From Basidiobolus ranarum (taxonomy: Eukaryota): a stretch of 51,258 bases of DNA. The notes below the pieces were generated by a model. That model saw only the letters and a list, made by a program, of their open reading frames with translations, was not told the DNA's origin and made no database searches. The stretch is taken from positions 1-51,258 of the forward strand of contig JASJQH010000016.1 of assembly GCA_040143965.1 (NCBI GenBank), written 5' to 3'. The translations under genes were made by a program, and so were the position numbers. The number at the start of each line of letters is the position of its first letter. Positions within the stretch are counted from its first letter, which is position 1. Positions 25,074 through 41,212 of the stretch are shown piece after piece.

Positions 25074-26118
25074 TTAACAAGCACATCCGGAACCTGAGTC
25101 TCTACCAGCAACTCCGTTATTACGAAGATCAACTCTTCCGCCACTAGTGCCAACTGCACCTGGACGAGTACGAGACATAGCTAGAATATGCTCAAGAGGG
25201 ATTTTCTTGGCTAAATATTAAGATGATTGAGAGGAATGTTAGACAAATACAAGTTTTCAATACAAATAAAGTCGTACTTACCAATCTCGGTAAAGACTTC
25301 ATTAACGCCTTCCCCAGTTTTGGCACTTGTTTCGAAAAACAATAATCCAGCTTCATTAGCATAAGCACTGGCTTCTTCAGTTGGAACTTCTCTGGTACTT
25401 TGTTCACCGTTGTTGGAATCATCCTCATTATCTTCAGCCTCATCTTCTTCAGAAGATACAGCTAAATCAGCCTTATTGCCAGCAAGGGCAATGACGATAT
25501 TAGGGTTAGCTTGGCGTTGGAGTTCTTTGACCCATGACTTAGCTTTATCTAAGGATGCCTATATCATATTTGATATGAATATCGTGTGTAGGAATGATAT
25601 CTGAATTAGAAGACGAATACTTACTGCTTTAGTAATGTCATATACAACAACGGCAGCTTGTGCGTTACGATAGTACATAGGAGCTAAAGAATGGAATCTC
25701 TCTTGACCAGCGGTATCCCAAATCTCGAATTTTATTACTTTATCTTCTAGGCGGCATTTTTGAGTCAGGAAAGCAGCTAAATACAAAGCAAAAAGATAAG
25801 ACTCCTTATTCAGGGAGATGTTTAGTAACAGATGAACATTTACCTCCGATGGTGGGTTCCTTGTTTTCTTGGAATTCATTGTTTACGAAACGAAGTACTA
25901 AACTAGATTTTCCCACTGCGGCTTCACCTAAGAATAAGGAAATTATAAGTAACCGGATGATAATGTAACAGGTCAAAGAAACTTTCAGTTGTCCATCATC
26001 ATCATCACAAAAACCTACCTAATAAAACTAGCTTTACTTGAACAGGCTTATTATTTGTGACATTTGGAGTAGAAGGAGACTCATTTTCAGTTTGCTGCGA
26101 AGGTACGGGAGAAGACAT
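25074..26118 (-). CDS. Rab5-family GTPase (Ypt5/Vps21/Ypt52-like), 5 exons
   Basis: [10 protein letters not shown]-loop, EPTIGAAFLTQK effector region, [35 protein letters not shown] and a C-terminal CAC prenylation motif. Confidence 0.96.
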
Positions 26119-26907
26119 GGTTTATGAACGTGATGTGACAATAAAAGAGCTAACTTTAAAAGGGGGTAGAGACTACAAGTATATGTGGGACTGCTACCTG
26201 GAAAGAATAAGAAGTTGAAGGTTTCAAGGAAGTTGAGGATAAAAAGAGGTTTTGTGATGAAAGCTTATCAGATATTCTAAAGGGACGTCAGATGATCCGA
26301 CTAACAAGATATATTAAAACTCAAGATAAGTTATATATATTCGCACCAACTGTAGTTAAAAATGATGATTAAACATTCAGGAAGTATGGGTAATGTCTAA
26401 AACTTGATTTAAGATCACGAGTAAATGCAGGCACCTAATGGTAAATATTTCTAGCGCCCTATAATGCGGGTTTAGTTGCTTCAATAAAGTCTCAACATCG
26501 TTCACAAATTGCATTAGTCCCTTGATACCACGTTTTATCTGAATGCCTCTTGCCTCCTCTGTCGGTAATGCATGGCTCATGTTAGAGCTTGCATTAGGTA
26601 TTAATCCGAAAGCCAATTTAGCAATATTCTTGGTCTCTATCCACGAGATCAAGAATGTTCATGTAAAATCAGGCCAATTTCATCGAAGATGTGGCTAAAT
26701 TTCTTAATTTACCAGAACTAGTGTTATCATATTCTTTACTTGATCGTTGCCCGTTCTTCAAGAACAGACAAACTCGTGTGGCATAGAATGCAGCCCGTTC
26801 ACCAAATGTCTGGCTTTTAAAATGATTCTAATTTTTTGATTGATTTCGGGAACTAAAGACTGATAAGCAAATGAAAAAAAAGCAATTGAGGAATATTTTT
26901 TTTGCAC

Positions 26908-26915
26908 TCACGTGA
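26908..26915. promoter_or_regulatory. TCACGTGA palindromic E-box (Cbf1-type bHLH site) ~245 bp upstream of RPS7
   Basis: Exact 8-bp palindrome next to A/T tracts in the RPS7 upstream region. Function is inferred only. Confidence 0.35.
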
Positions 26916-27156
26916 TAGATATGATTTCTTCGACACACTGCCCTGATAAAACTAAGACGATCACCGTAATCGGTTTCCTCCTTTTCAAAGAGTGGATTGA
27001 TTTTCCTGATAGGAAGGATAAAGTAAGTGTACTTTCGACTTCAATATTTATTATACAGTATACACAATCCCAATTTGAAAAGTACTTGCAAAAAAGCCAC
27101 ATCCGATATGAATATACTTTCCATCCATCAATACTAATATCCTCATTGTATTAGCC

Positions 27157-27802
27157 ATGTCTGCCGCTAACAAGATTGTCAAGCCAGCTGGCGCTGCCCC
27201 TGCTGATGAGACCGAACTTTTGGTCGCCCAAGCTCTCCTTGACTTGGAAAACAACGTCCCTGAATTGAAGAAAGACCTTCGTCCTATTCAAATCTCTGCC
27301 GCTAAAGAAGTAAATATGATAGATATATATTTATATATTACCGAATTATCGCTAAACAGAATCCATTTAGATTGAAATCGGTGGTGGTAAGAAGGCTATC
27401 GTTGTCTTCATCCCTGTTCCTTTGTACAAGGCTTTCAACAAGGTCCAACAACGTCTTACCCGTGAACTCGAGAAGAAGTTCTCCGATCGTCATGTTATCT
27501 TCATTGCTCAACGTCGTATCATGCGCAAGCCTACTCGTCGCAGCCGCGCCAAGCAAGCTCGCCCTAGATCTCGTACTTTGACCGCTGTCCACGAGAAGAT
27601 CCTCGACGATATCGTCTACCCTACCGAGATTATTGGTAAGCGTACCCGCGTCAAGGTTGATGGTAGCAAGACCATGAAGGTTTTCCTTGATAACAAGGAT
27701 GCTGGTTCCCTCGAGTACAAGCTTGATACTTTCACTGGTGTCTACAAGAAGTTGACCGGCAAGGATGTTGTCTTCGAATTCCCAGCTCAACAAGTCGAAT
27801 AA
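27157..27802 (+). CDS. RPS7: 40S ribosomal protein S7 (eS7); exons 27157-27309, 27371-27802
   Basis: [53 protein letters not shown] and [15 protein letters not shown]. Strong high-expression codon bias. Confidence 0.98.
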
Positions 27803-28117
27803 ATTTCTTTTTAGAAGTGGTAAATACTTGAACATTAAGTATCTATCTTAATTTTCTGATATGGCTGGTGTTGTTATATAACCCTCCTTCCACATTCACA
27901 TCCCATATGTTATAATAAAAAAGGAACAAGATTTCATCATATTCTCTACTACTTCCTACTTCTTTACTCGAGTCAATATATGTACAAGACGATTGTAATT
28001 GTAATTTATATACATGTTTTATTCTATATCACTTAGTTTGGGGAATTTTTAATTCAAAAAACGTGATAATTTATGGTAGATTGTATAAGAATAATTAGTA
28101 TGCAAGCTTTGGAAAAC

Positions 28118-30482
28118 TTAGTGTTGAATTTTCTTTCGGAACTCGCGTATTCTCTTCTTCTTGGAATACTTCTTAATATCAGACTCTTGTTTATCCGCAG
28201 GTCGATATCTAAAACATTTCCAAAGGTTAGATCAATATCTCTAAACAGTAAATAAAAAATTACGTACGGGGCAAGTTTCTTGATCGATACGAAGTCGTTC
28301 AAGTCCTTTTCGTCAGCCATTAAAATATCAACAGGATCCAAGCCGAAGGATGAGGCCTTGACTTGATGATACTTGAAGCGGGTTGGTAAGTCTCCAATCA
28401 TATCTTCATAATCCAATTGGTAATAGTCATCAAGATATTCGTCCATGGGTCTTTTCTTTGACTTCTTCTCTTTGCCCTTTTTGGGCTTAGCCTCTTCTTC
28501 AAAGTATTCACCGCCAGGTAAATAATCGGCATCCATGATAAAGTCATCATCTTCCGCATTCCATTGATTTGGATCCACAGATTTCTCTTCGATTTCTTTC
28601 CCTTTCTTGTTTTTCTTTCCTTTCTTTCCAGTCTCTTTGACGGGTTCTTCATCAGCCTCCTCGGTAACGATATCGGTAATATCGATATCGTCGTCGAATA
28701 CAGGCTTCTTATTTTCATCCTCTTCGTAGTATTTATCATCGAATAAGGTACCCATCTTCTCGTCGTGCTGGTTAGGATCGAATTCTCCATCCAGGTCAAC
28801 TTCATCAAAGCCAACACTATTGTTTCCGGTGATCTCTTGAATCTTCTTGAGTTTCTCATAGATTTCTTGCTTCTTGAGATTCTTAAGACGTTTGAGCTCT
28901 TCCATTTTCTTTTGTTTTTCTTCCTTCTTACGCTCTTGTATGGCTTGACGCTTTTCTTTTCTTCTATTGTCCTTTCTAGAAACCGAATACCATGTGAGTA
29001 AATTAAAAGTATCAATAAGACATTTGTAGACTCTTACCTTCTAACTGAATCATCGATGCTTCTGGCGTGAGTGATGATATCAGTACTTCCCCTATAATTC
29101 AATTAAGTTATTAGCAAAACAGTACTTTACTCCCCTCATCTAGCTTTATCAAATACATACTCTTCTTCGAATCGATGGTTATAGGTGCTTTCAAATCTAT
29201 CAGCGGCCTCAACAGCCTCTTCATCTTCATGTTCATTCACAATTTCCTGATATGTAGGAATTCTAGTGCTCTTCTTGTCAATCCAACCACGGCTTAAGAC
29301 ATAGCTGTAGAGACCAATATTAGTACATAGATATATGGTATCTATCAGACAAATTAGTTTGTATTTACTCCATTAAGAAGGCCTCATCCGGATTAACTTG
29401 TGGATTTTCTTTGTAATTCTGCCACTCTTGGAAAGCTCTACCATCGTTGGAGCTGGCCTGCAAGAATATACCAATTAATATCACTTCATTAAGGTAAATT
29501 ACTTTATAAGATCGTATTACCGCCATGCTTTCTAACAAAAACCGTTTATAATCCTCCTCTTCGGCATCAATCTCTGTCTTTGTCTTGGCGCGTTGGGTGA
29601 AAAAGCTATCATCATCCTCGTCATCATCATCGCCAAATGAACTCTTTACAGCATCCTAATGTTTTTCGAAGAAATCACCGTTAGCTTGGCTGTAGAAGCG
29701 ACAAATACTCGACATAAAGATAGACAACTTGCCTTCATTTCCTTTTTCAATATTTGCTGTTCTTGGACGTGAGTGAGTGGCTTCTCCACTGACTCGTCAA
29801 CAACACCACCATCTTCTAATATAACATTACGATGATAATCTTTTAAGGTGACAGGCTTTCCTGCAGCCTAAAATAAATGATATTAGAGGATATTTAACTA
29901 CAAGAGACTTGAACAACCAAGCTACCTTTAATTGCTTTTTCTTTTCTTCCCATTCTTTCTTTGCTTTTTCAACTTCCTCGGCTATCGTAAAAATAAGAAA
30001 TTAATACTTCAAATTTTGCTTGAAAAATAAACATGAATACATACCTGAAAATAGATCTTGCTTAGCATCATAGACCTTTGGATCACGATTCCTGATTAAA
30101 GAGATAGTTTTCATGATTTGAGCATCAACAGCGGGAGTGACTAATTCACCAAATTCATCTTCTTCCTCGGAAGTATCGTCATCTTCATCGTCGTCCTCGG
30201 CTCCAGTAAACTTAAAGTCGCCGTCATCGCTGATACCGTAACGTTTCTTTCTCTCGGCAATCTTTTCAAGACGTTCGTCGTCGATACCTTCAACATCCCC
30301 ATATTTATCACGCACTATTTATAAGATAAATCTTTAGTTATAAATCAAGAGAATTAGGGTATTTCAAGGAAAATGAAGCAATGAGACATACAAAGGGATA
30401 ATTCTTCGACTTTTTTCTTCTCCTCGTATTTCTTGGCGAAATCTTCGTTAATAGTTAAAGTAAACTCTTCATCCGAATCCAT
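28118..30482 (-). CDS. KRI1: KRR1-interacting protein Kri1 (40S biogenesis), multi-exon
   Basis: N-terminal LTINEDFAKKYEEKK; acidic/basic low-complexity sequence; EELKRLKNLKKQEI; Kri1_C motif YYQLDYEDMIGDLPTRFKY...LNDFVSIKKLAPYR. The spliced stop is at 28118. Confidence 0.95.
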
Positions 30483-30906
30483 GGCCACTGAAATATTATT
30501 TGTTGGAATAAAATAAAGTGGTATTGTTACTGTTCGAGTAGAATTCTACTGAAACGCGCACTTGGACAAAGAAAAATTGAGGAATTTGGAAGTAGACTGC
30601 TTTTCACTTGAATACTTTTTTTTCTTTTCTTTTCTTATGATATTATCTTGAAAGCATTTTGAATAAATCATGAGAAAAAAAACATCATTGGTTCGTTGAT
30701 TTAAAAAATTTTAATCATCATTTTTGGTATGATAAATGAACTAATATAAGTGATTTTGGAAATTTCTGGTTAACATGAATTTGAATTTGATGTGACTATT
30801 TTATTAGGATTTTGTGAATGAAATTGGAATCAATGCTTTATATAATAATGCAGAGTAAATGAATTGATATGATTTGTTGAAAAAGGTTCAATAAAAAGTG
30901 AACCAT

Positions 30907-32877
30907 TCAAGTTCTTGAAATATCTAAATGACGATCACCACTGGAAACAAATACGTTCTCCAAGTCCCAGCCCTTTTGAAGTAAAGCATGATGAAGTTGA
31001 GTGAATCCCTGGTCTACTTGTATGTGGGTATTTCTTATTAATTCAGTTGATTTCGATGAGTTCAATTGGTTCACGGGTATCGACTCCAATTCTTTACGGA
31101 TCAAACATGCATGTAGTAAACCTTTCATGATATCTGCGGATTTGGCTTTACTATCATACCACAAGTAGACCTGAGGCGAATCTGCAGTCCGATGAATTAA
31201 TGTATAGTACTTTTCTGGATAGTTTAAATTATTGGAAGATAACGCTTGCGCCACATCCTCTGTCTTCAATTTTCGCATACACCGATGAAGCTTTGGTTCA
31301 AGGATCATAGGTACACGGAAGACAGACCGATACATTTTAACAAATGTTTCTTCATGCGCTACTTCGGCGGGAGTCAAAGCTATTTGAAGATATCTGATTA
31401 GATAATATGTGATGCATACGCAGTCAATTATTTAAACTAACCTTCGACACCATCCTGACTTTTCCGGAGGAAATTTTCAAATAAAATCTCCGCTCTTTGT
31501 AGATTTAATGAGGGTGTGGTGACTACTAGATTGGATCTATAGTTGGCATAAATAGATAAAATCGAAAGCGGAATAAAAACGGCGAATACATTCGTGAAAG
31601 AACTTCCTATCAATGCACTAATGGCGATTCCCAGACCAGTCCCTTGAGTCACAGAAGTTATGGTATATCGGGTTTAGATAAGGTTTCCGATTCATTATTA
31701 ACTACACCATTTGCATACCTGCTAACCCTGCTGCCGTGCTTTGCGACCCAGATTTTCCAGTAATATCTCCCAAGCTAATGCAATGGTGCTCTGGTAAGTA
31801 GTTTTTCAAAAAGAACCTCACTGATATACGTACTTATCACGGAGCGCAAAGGTTTTGTTTAATTGAGCCCTATAGAAACATAAAATATTACATACTTATC
31901 TGGATCATAGTTCAAATACAAAACCTACTTTGTAGCTGCGCTAGCCAGCCATGCGATGTTCTTACCTAGTTAGATAGGATAATTTGAGTTTGATTCATCA
32001 CCCATATAGTCGAGAGTATCAGAAATATTACCAATATTTGAGAAAGAAGCTATCACCAAAAACATGCCTGGGAAAAATGGCGTAGTTAGCTCCAACAAAG
32101 ACGCACACTGCATTGCAACAGTGGCATAGAATCTATGTCTTTTTGGGTCACTGTCAAATCTATCGCTGGTAACACTTGCATATACAACGCCACCCAATTG
32201 TCCTAGTCCATCTTTTATGATCCAGTTCAAAGCAGCGGCCAGCTTAAAGTGAAATTTGTCAACAAAGTATATCAGAACATATCAAACAGTACAATGAATA
32301 TTTACAGGAATCGATCCACTTCCTAGTCCAACGGCAAATAATAGTGATTGTGTCGAAAGAACTGGAGGATGTATTGAGAAGTTGTAATCACAAAATCAAG
32401 ATATTTGAAAAATTGCTTGATACACGTACCGCCTGTCGTCGAACCACAGATATTTTGTAAAAATTGCCAAGAGGTGAAAGGTAGATACTCTTTGCTAACG
32501 GAGTGCGGGTAACCTTTGGGTAAAAAAGCCAGAATGGTATTATGTTTCAAAACGTGTAAAGCATTTAGCCCAAATGTATTGGACTTTATTTCAGAATGTT
32601 CTTGACTGGTAAGGTCATACTCAACAACGGTATCGGGCGATTTATCTTTTAGAGTAAAGCCAGTAGAGCTGCTCAACTGTAGAGTTTTTACGTGTTGCTT
32701 TAAGCCTATCCGTACAAGCTGCTTTACTTCCAAAATATCCGTATGCTCAGAGGTTTCTTTTGGTTTAGAAGAATTAGAGATGCGCTGTAGGAGCACGGAA
32801 GAGCTACATAAAGTTCTATGGTTTAGTGATAATCTTGCAGTTTGAGTAGAGAGTCTCGGTAATGTTGTTCGAAGCAT
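30907..32877 (-). CDS. RUS1/DUF647 (root UVB sensitive; vitamin B6 photoprotection) family membrane protein with a mitochondrial-type presequence
   Basis: FLPKGYPHSVSKEYLPF..WQ, NWIIKDGLGQLGGVVYAS..FDSDPKRHR, FA...NLGDITGK..SQ.T and SLNLQRA motifs. R/S/L/T-rich N-terminus without acidic residues. Confidence 0.88.
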
Positions 32878-33596
32878 TAATAAGTTTTGCTAAAAGAACC
32901 TGCTATGAACAGGCGACGGAAGATGCAGATACAGTTCGCTCGTAAAACACCCATTGTTAGACCTAGGCATGCTCGGTCACAAATGATGATTGGCTCATTA
33001 ATTGAGCCTTCATTCAAGCCTCCATCAATCCACATAATTATCGACTTCCAATAATGCAGATATTTATTCTATTAAAGTTTAGAGTCTATCACCAAACTTG
33101 AAGAAATTGAATATTTGGGGGAGAGGGGGGGGGGATTAATTTGATTAAAACATGAAGTATGTTACTCTCAAAGATCCGTAAGTTTGAGAGAAGCCTGTTT
33201 AACCTGTTCTGAATGCAGGAAGACCCAAGTGGATTAAAATCCGATCAGTAAGTGTAACCTACATTTTTGTGGCTGTAGGTTAAAGTGCTAATCTTTAGAT
33301 GCAACACTGCTCAATTCTAATGCTTTTAATATCATTTCAACTGAGCTCCTTAGTTTCTTAATTTTTAGACACTTGTTTTTATTATACGTTTGTGTACACC
33401 AACTACCCCAATAGGGCTCATGGTATGATAGTGATTGATCATAATCTCAATATACAGAAAAGTATGCATAAGGTCACATGTTTTTCACTATTCAGGTAAG
33501 CACCGAAAGGAGACAATTATGATGGTGATATCTGGCACACCTGTCTTACTTTGTAACTAGAGAAGCACAGAAACAATCCGACCTGTGTTATTAAAT

Positions 33597-36834
<3,238 letters not shown>

Positions 36835-37777
36835 AGGTTCTTCATACGTCCTCTAAAATATTATCCTTCCGAATCTAGTGAGATTGTAACTTTTGTTGCA
36901 TATTATGTAATTTATTTCTACCACTGCCTTACACCGAATTTCTATCTCTTGAAAATACTATTAATAATTATACCATACTATATATATAGTTTCTTTAGAC
37001 TTTCAAGCTAATAAAGAGATTTATTTCTGTTTACAATATCGCCGAGGTTAATACTGGATACTCTCTTCTTGTAACCATAGTTGCCAATTTCGATTTTACC
37101 AGCAATGAATCTCAAGATACCAGAACTAACTAAACCATGAACTTACGTGATATAGATAATCACGAAATATACTCATCAAGAAATAAATGGTATACCAATC
37201 GACAATCGTCCAATTACCAACTAAAGAGATTGAATATGGCGTAATTTGGTTACTTTTGGAAATTTTACTCTTGGAAAATATTCCACTTATCGAGGAAGTT
37301 ATTGACTCCTTATGTAAATATAGATAATTACCTAATGTAAAGGCCATTTATGAGAAACTTTGATAACCGTGACGTTTTACGTTACACTCAAAGCTTCGTA
37401 ACAAATATCTACTTTTTTCCATAATAGGTTACCGTATCGAAATATTAGCCATAAATCATGATGTCATTGGCGATCATTCTTTAAGTTTCATAATAATTAA
37501 CAGTTAGTTGGCTTTAAAATATGGGGATTGAAATTGAATTGCCAAGATTTGGGCTTGCCTCGATATTAGATTGTGACAGTGGATAACAAACTCAACTCAT
37601 TTAAGTTTAGTCGGTATTTGTTGACTGTGATACATGTGATAGCGAATCTGAAGAATATATAAAGTCAAGTGAAAAAGACCAAATGAATATCAAGAATATT
37701 CATCCTCCGATTTGTTATTTTAGTCCATCTTATTCTCTGAATCAACCTTCTATTTACTCTCCATCCAAGTCAGCCAT

Positions 37778-39673
37778 ATGTATCAAACCGAGGAAGAAAC
37801 TTTTAGTACAAATCAACAAAGAACTGGTATGAAAAGTGATGAAAGAAAATATCCTACATATTGTATTAACCATTTTCAATGATAGATGTCGACCATGTAC
37901 TCTTTGTTATACATGGAATTGGACCAGTATCAGGAGAGAATGAATTCGAAGCAAATGGTAGGAATCCACTTAATATATTTATCTCTTTTAATAACCTAAC
38001 ACTTTTACTTAATATGTAGTGAAAACTTTACGTAAAACTATTGAGGAATTGATTAATTCTGAAGAGAACACCGAAACCTATAATATAGAGGTGATTGCTA
38101 TCGAATGGCGTTCTGCTCTTCACGATATCGTTGACCAGTAAGTATATTCTATTCATAGAAGTGCAGTATGCAAAGCTCTAACCAATCTCAATTTTTTAGA
38201 CGGATGCAACGTATCACTCTCAAAACATGCCCCATGTTCCGCTCAATTGGCAATGACTACCTTGCAGATGTGATGTACTACTTTACGAACCATAATGGAC
38301 AACACATTATCAATACCATTGTATCAGCGCTTAATGACGAGTATGATAACTTTAAGAAACGTATGCCCAATTACAATGGAAGCTTTTCATTGGTAGGATA
38401 CAGTCTAGGTGGAGTGTGTAGTTATGATATTCTATGTGCACAAGAAGAAGATTACAATATAGAAGGAAGAAAATTATATTCGGTGGATGTACCCAAGTTA
38501 AAGTTTCAACCCAAGCATCTTTTCACTCTTGGAAGTCCAATTGGTGCCGTAATGGTTCAGAGAAGTCAAGAATATGATGGATATCAAGTTCCAAAAGATT
38601 GTACTTTTCACAATATATTTGATCCATATGACCCAATCGTAAGTTCAATCAATTCCTCTTAAGATTTCCCATTCTCTTTACTTACATATCATTTATAGGC
38701 ATACAGAATCGAACCTCTTATTGACGAACGATATGCTGAGATCGAACCATTGACCATTGAAAGCTACACTGAGAACAGTTCCATGTTTCGTACATCATTC
38801 AACTTTCCATCACTTCCTAGTGGTTTAAGTGGGATTCGACTCTCGTTCTCTCTTCCATCTATTCTTCCCGCATTAAGTCAATCAGATAGTAACTCGGATA
38901 AGGAAGAGGTGGATGATATCACTGAAGATGCTGACGCTACAGAACTACAAGTATTAGATATTGATGCATTATGTGAGAAATTTCGTGAAGAAGAACCCAA
39001 AATGAAATTCACTTTAGAATCCAAATGGTCCACTGAAGAACTTGATCCAGAAAATTTCCTTGAAAATGTTCGAAAAAATTCCATTCAATCTGAAGATTTA
39101 TCCGAGGTTCAAACGGAGAATTCATCACATACAAAAGTCATTGATGAGGAAAATGAGAGTGAAGATCGAGTGGAAATCACTAGTACAGCTACTTTTGAAG
39201 ATCGAATTCGTACTTTCAAAAAGGAGGATGATAAGACTAAAATCACTGAAGAGGTTAACACCACTAAAGCACGCTGTGAAGCGGTGTTCACCGAAAAAGA
39301 TGGTATGAAGGTTAAAAACAATCAACCGGCCCAATCCAGTACTGTCCCGGATCAACCCGAACCTGAAGTTGAGTTGAACTCCGTTCCTCAAAAGGACACC
39401 ACTCCCTTAGATAGTAAAACTGAAAAACCTAAAACCGGTCCCGAACTTGAGGCTGACGCTGAAGAGATTAAAGAAGAAGAGTCATCCCCTAAGCGTATAT
39501 CAAAAGAGGAACTACTAGAGCTTCAGAATCGCCACCGGGTAGATAGAGTGCTCCAAGAGGGATTAGTTACTAGTGAATACATCTCTGCTATGACTGCACA
39601 CTTCAATTATTGGACGAACAAAGACGCTGTCTATTACATTCTTAAACAAGTGATCAATGAAATTTCCAATTAG
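37778..39673 (+). CDS. DDHD-domain phospholipase A1 (Ddl1/PA-PLA1-like), 5 exons
   Basis: HVLFVIHGIG, IEWRSALH, DYLADVMYY, lipase GYSLGG, FTLGSPIG, FHNIFDPYDPIAYRIEPL, RVDRVLQ and AHFNYW motifs. Confidence 0.9.
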
Positions 39674-39864
39674 GGATTGAAATTGCATGATTTATGAATT
39701 TCCAATAATTGACCTTATTACATAATTCTTTCATATCTGTAAATAATATTAAATTTGAATATATAACATTACCATGATAATCTTGCCATTAGTTCGGAAT
39801 TTTATATCATATTGGATACCTTCACCAAACTTTTAGTACGTAATTCCATACCCTTTTCATTTCG

Positions 39865-40864
39865 ATGGTAAAGTCAGCGAAAGAATATCTTGCTGAGGCT
39901 CAAGCACATCTAGAATCCAATAACCTAAGAGAAGCCGTTACGGCTTTATCGGGACTTATAAAAATCGCTGATGGATTCCCAATACCCCTTCTTAGTAGGT
40001 GTACATGTTACATTCAATTAGGGGATTACGAAAACGCCATCAAAGATGCAGTCCGAGTTTTAAAGTTGAAAAATGTACCAACTGATGAGAATATTGCTCC
40101 CAAGTGTACGACCGCTCATTCAGTAGCATTAGTAAGACTAGCAAAAGCATTTAAAGAGTTAGGAGATGTAGAAACTTGCCAAGAATTATTAGATAAAAAG
40201 AATCAAGTCGAAGAAGGTGAAGATAGCCAAGAATTCATCGAAGAAATACTTGCCTCTTTGCCTAAAACTTCCGCCAAAAACGTCACTAAACCAGCTGAGA
40301 TAACTAACGGAGAACTTTCGGAAGCTGAGAAAAAAGCGGAGGCTGAATTATGTAAGCAGAAAGGAAACGAATTCTTTAGGAAGCAAGAATTCTCTTCAGC
40401 AATAGTAGAGTATAACAAAGGAGTGTCATTAGACCCTACAAACCACATCTTGTATTCGAACCTTTGCCAAGTTTATTTACGTATGGATAATCTAACAGAG
40501 GCTAGTAGATGTGCTGATTCCTGTTTAGCTCTGAACCCATCTTGGGCTAAAGGTTACTATAGACAAGGTTTGTTCAAATTATATCGAGAAACAAGTCAAG
40601 AATATATATTGATTTATTCAAATACAATTAGGTATGGTACTTATGAAGCAAGGCAAGTACGAGGAAGCTCTCAAATCATTCAATGCCGCACGTAACAAAT
40701 CAGATAAACGCTCTGAAGAGATTGAGTTAGCAATATTGGAGGTTTCGGAACTTATAAGCAAGAATCCAAAACCTTCTTCTAACGCTTTGTCAACAGCTAG
40801 CTATCTGGCTTTGCTTATTGTAATCTTAGCTATCATCGTTGGTGTGGTTCAATATCTCATTTAA
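39865..40864 (+). CDS. TPR-repeat protein with a C-terminal transmembrane anchor, 2 exons
   Basis: TPR motifs LLSRCTCYIQLGDYENAIKDA and KQKGNEFFRKQEFSSAIVEY...YSNLCQVY...KGYYRQG|MVL..GKYEEA. Hydrophobic tail YLALLIVILAIIVGVVQYLI*. Confidence 0.85.
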
Positions 40865-41212
40865 TAAAGCATCTCTCGCACGCTGACATCCAGAAGATTG
40901 ATAAAATATATTGTGGCTGCTTATGTATGAAATATTTTACAATAGAATAATTGACTCTTGCAAGAACTCAGCTTGCTTACATCGAATGAAATTCCGCGAA
41001 GATCTTACAGGCGGTTTTTGAAAATGGTGTATAAACAAATGAAATGAAAACCCTGCAAATCGCTGGCAAACGGGTGCCAAAAAAGTTCAAAGCAAAATAG
41101 AAAGAGAATTTTGTAAGCCACGAATCAGCATGAACTAATTCAGATCAATAGTTACAAATCCAATTATAGACAAAGTGCAAAAGTGTAAAGGTTCCAGTGC
41201 TTTCAGGAGGCA

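Noticed and set aside
26912-27010. Possible box C/D snoRNA upstream of RPS7
   Set aside because: There is no proper RTGATGA box C, no terminal stem, and no convincing rRNA-complementary guide next to the CTGA boxes.
27338-27835. 165-aa antisense ORF over RPS7
   Set aside because: It is a shadow of strong codon bias in a highly expressed gene. Other antisense or alternate-frame ORFs inside the large CDSs were dismissed likewise.
33117-33134. Poly-G tract / G-quadruplex in the RUS1-ArfGAP divergent promoter
   Set aside because: A short homopolymer with no evidence of function, and prone to sequencing error.
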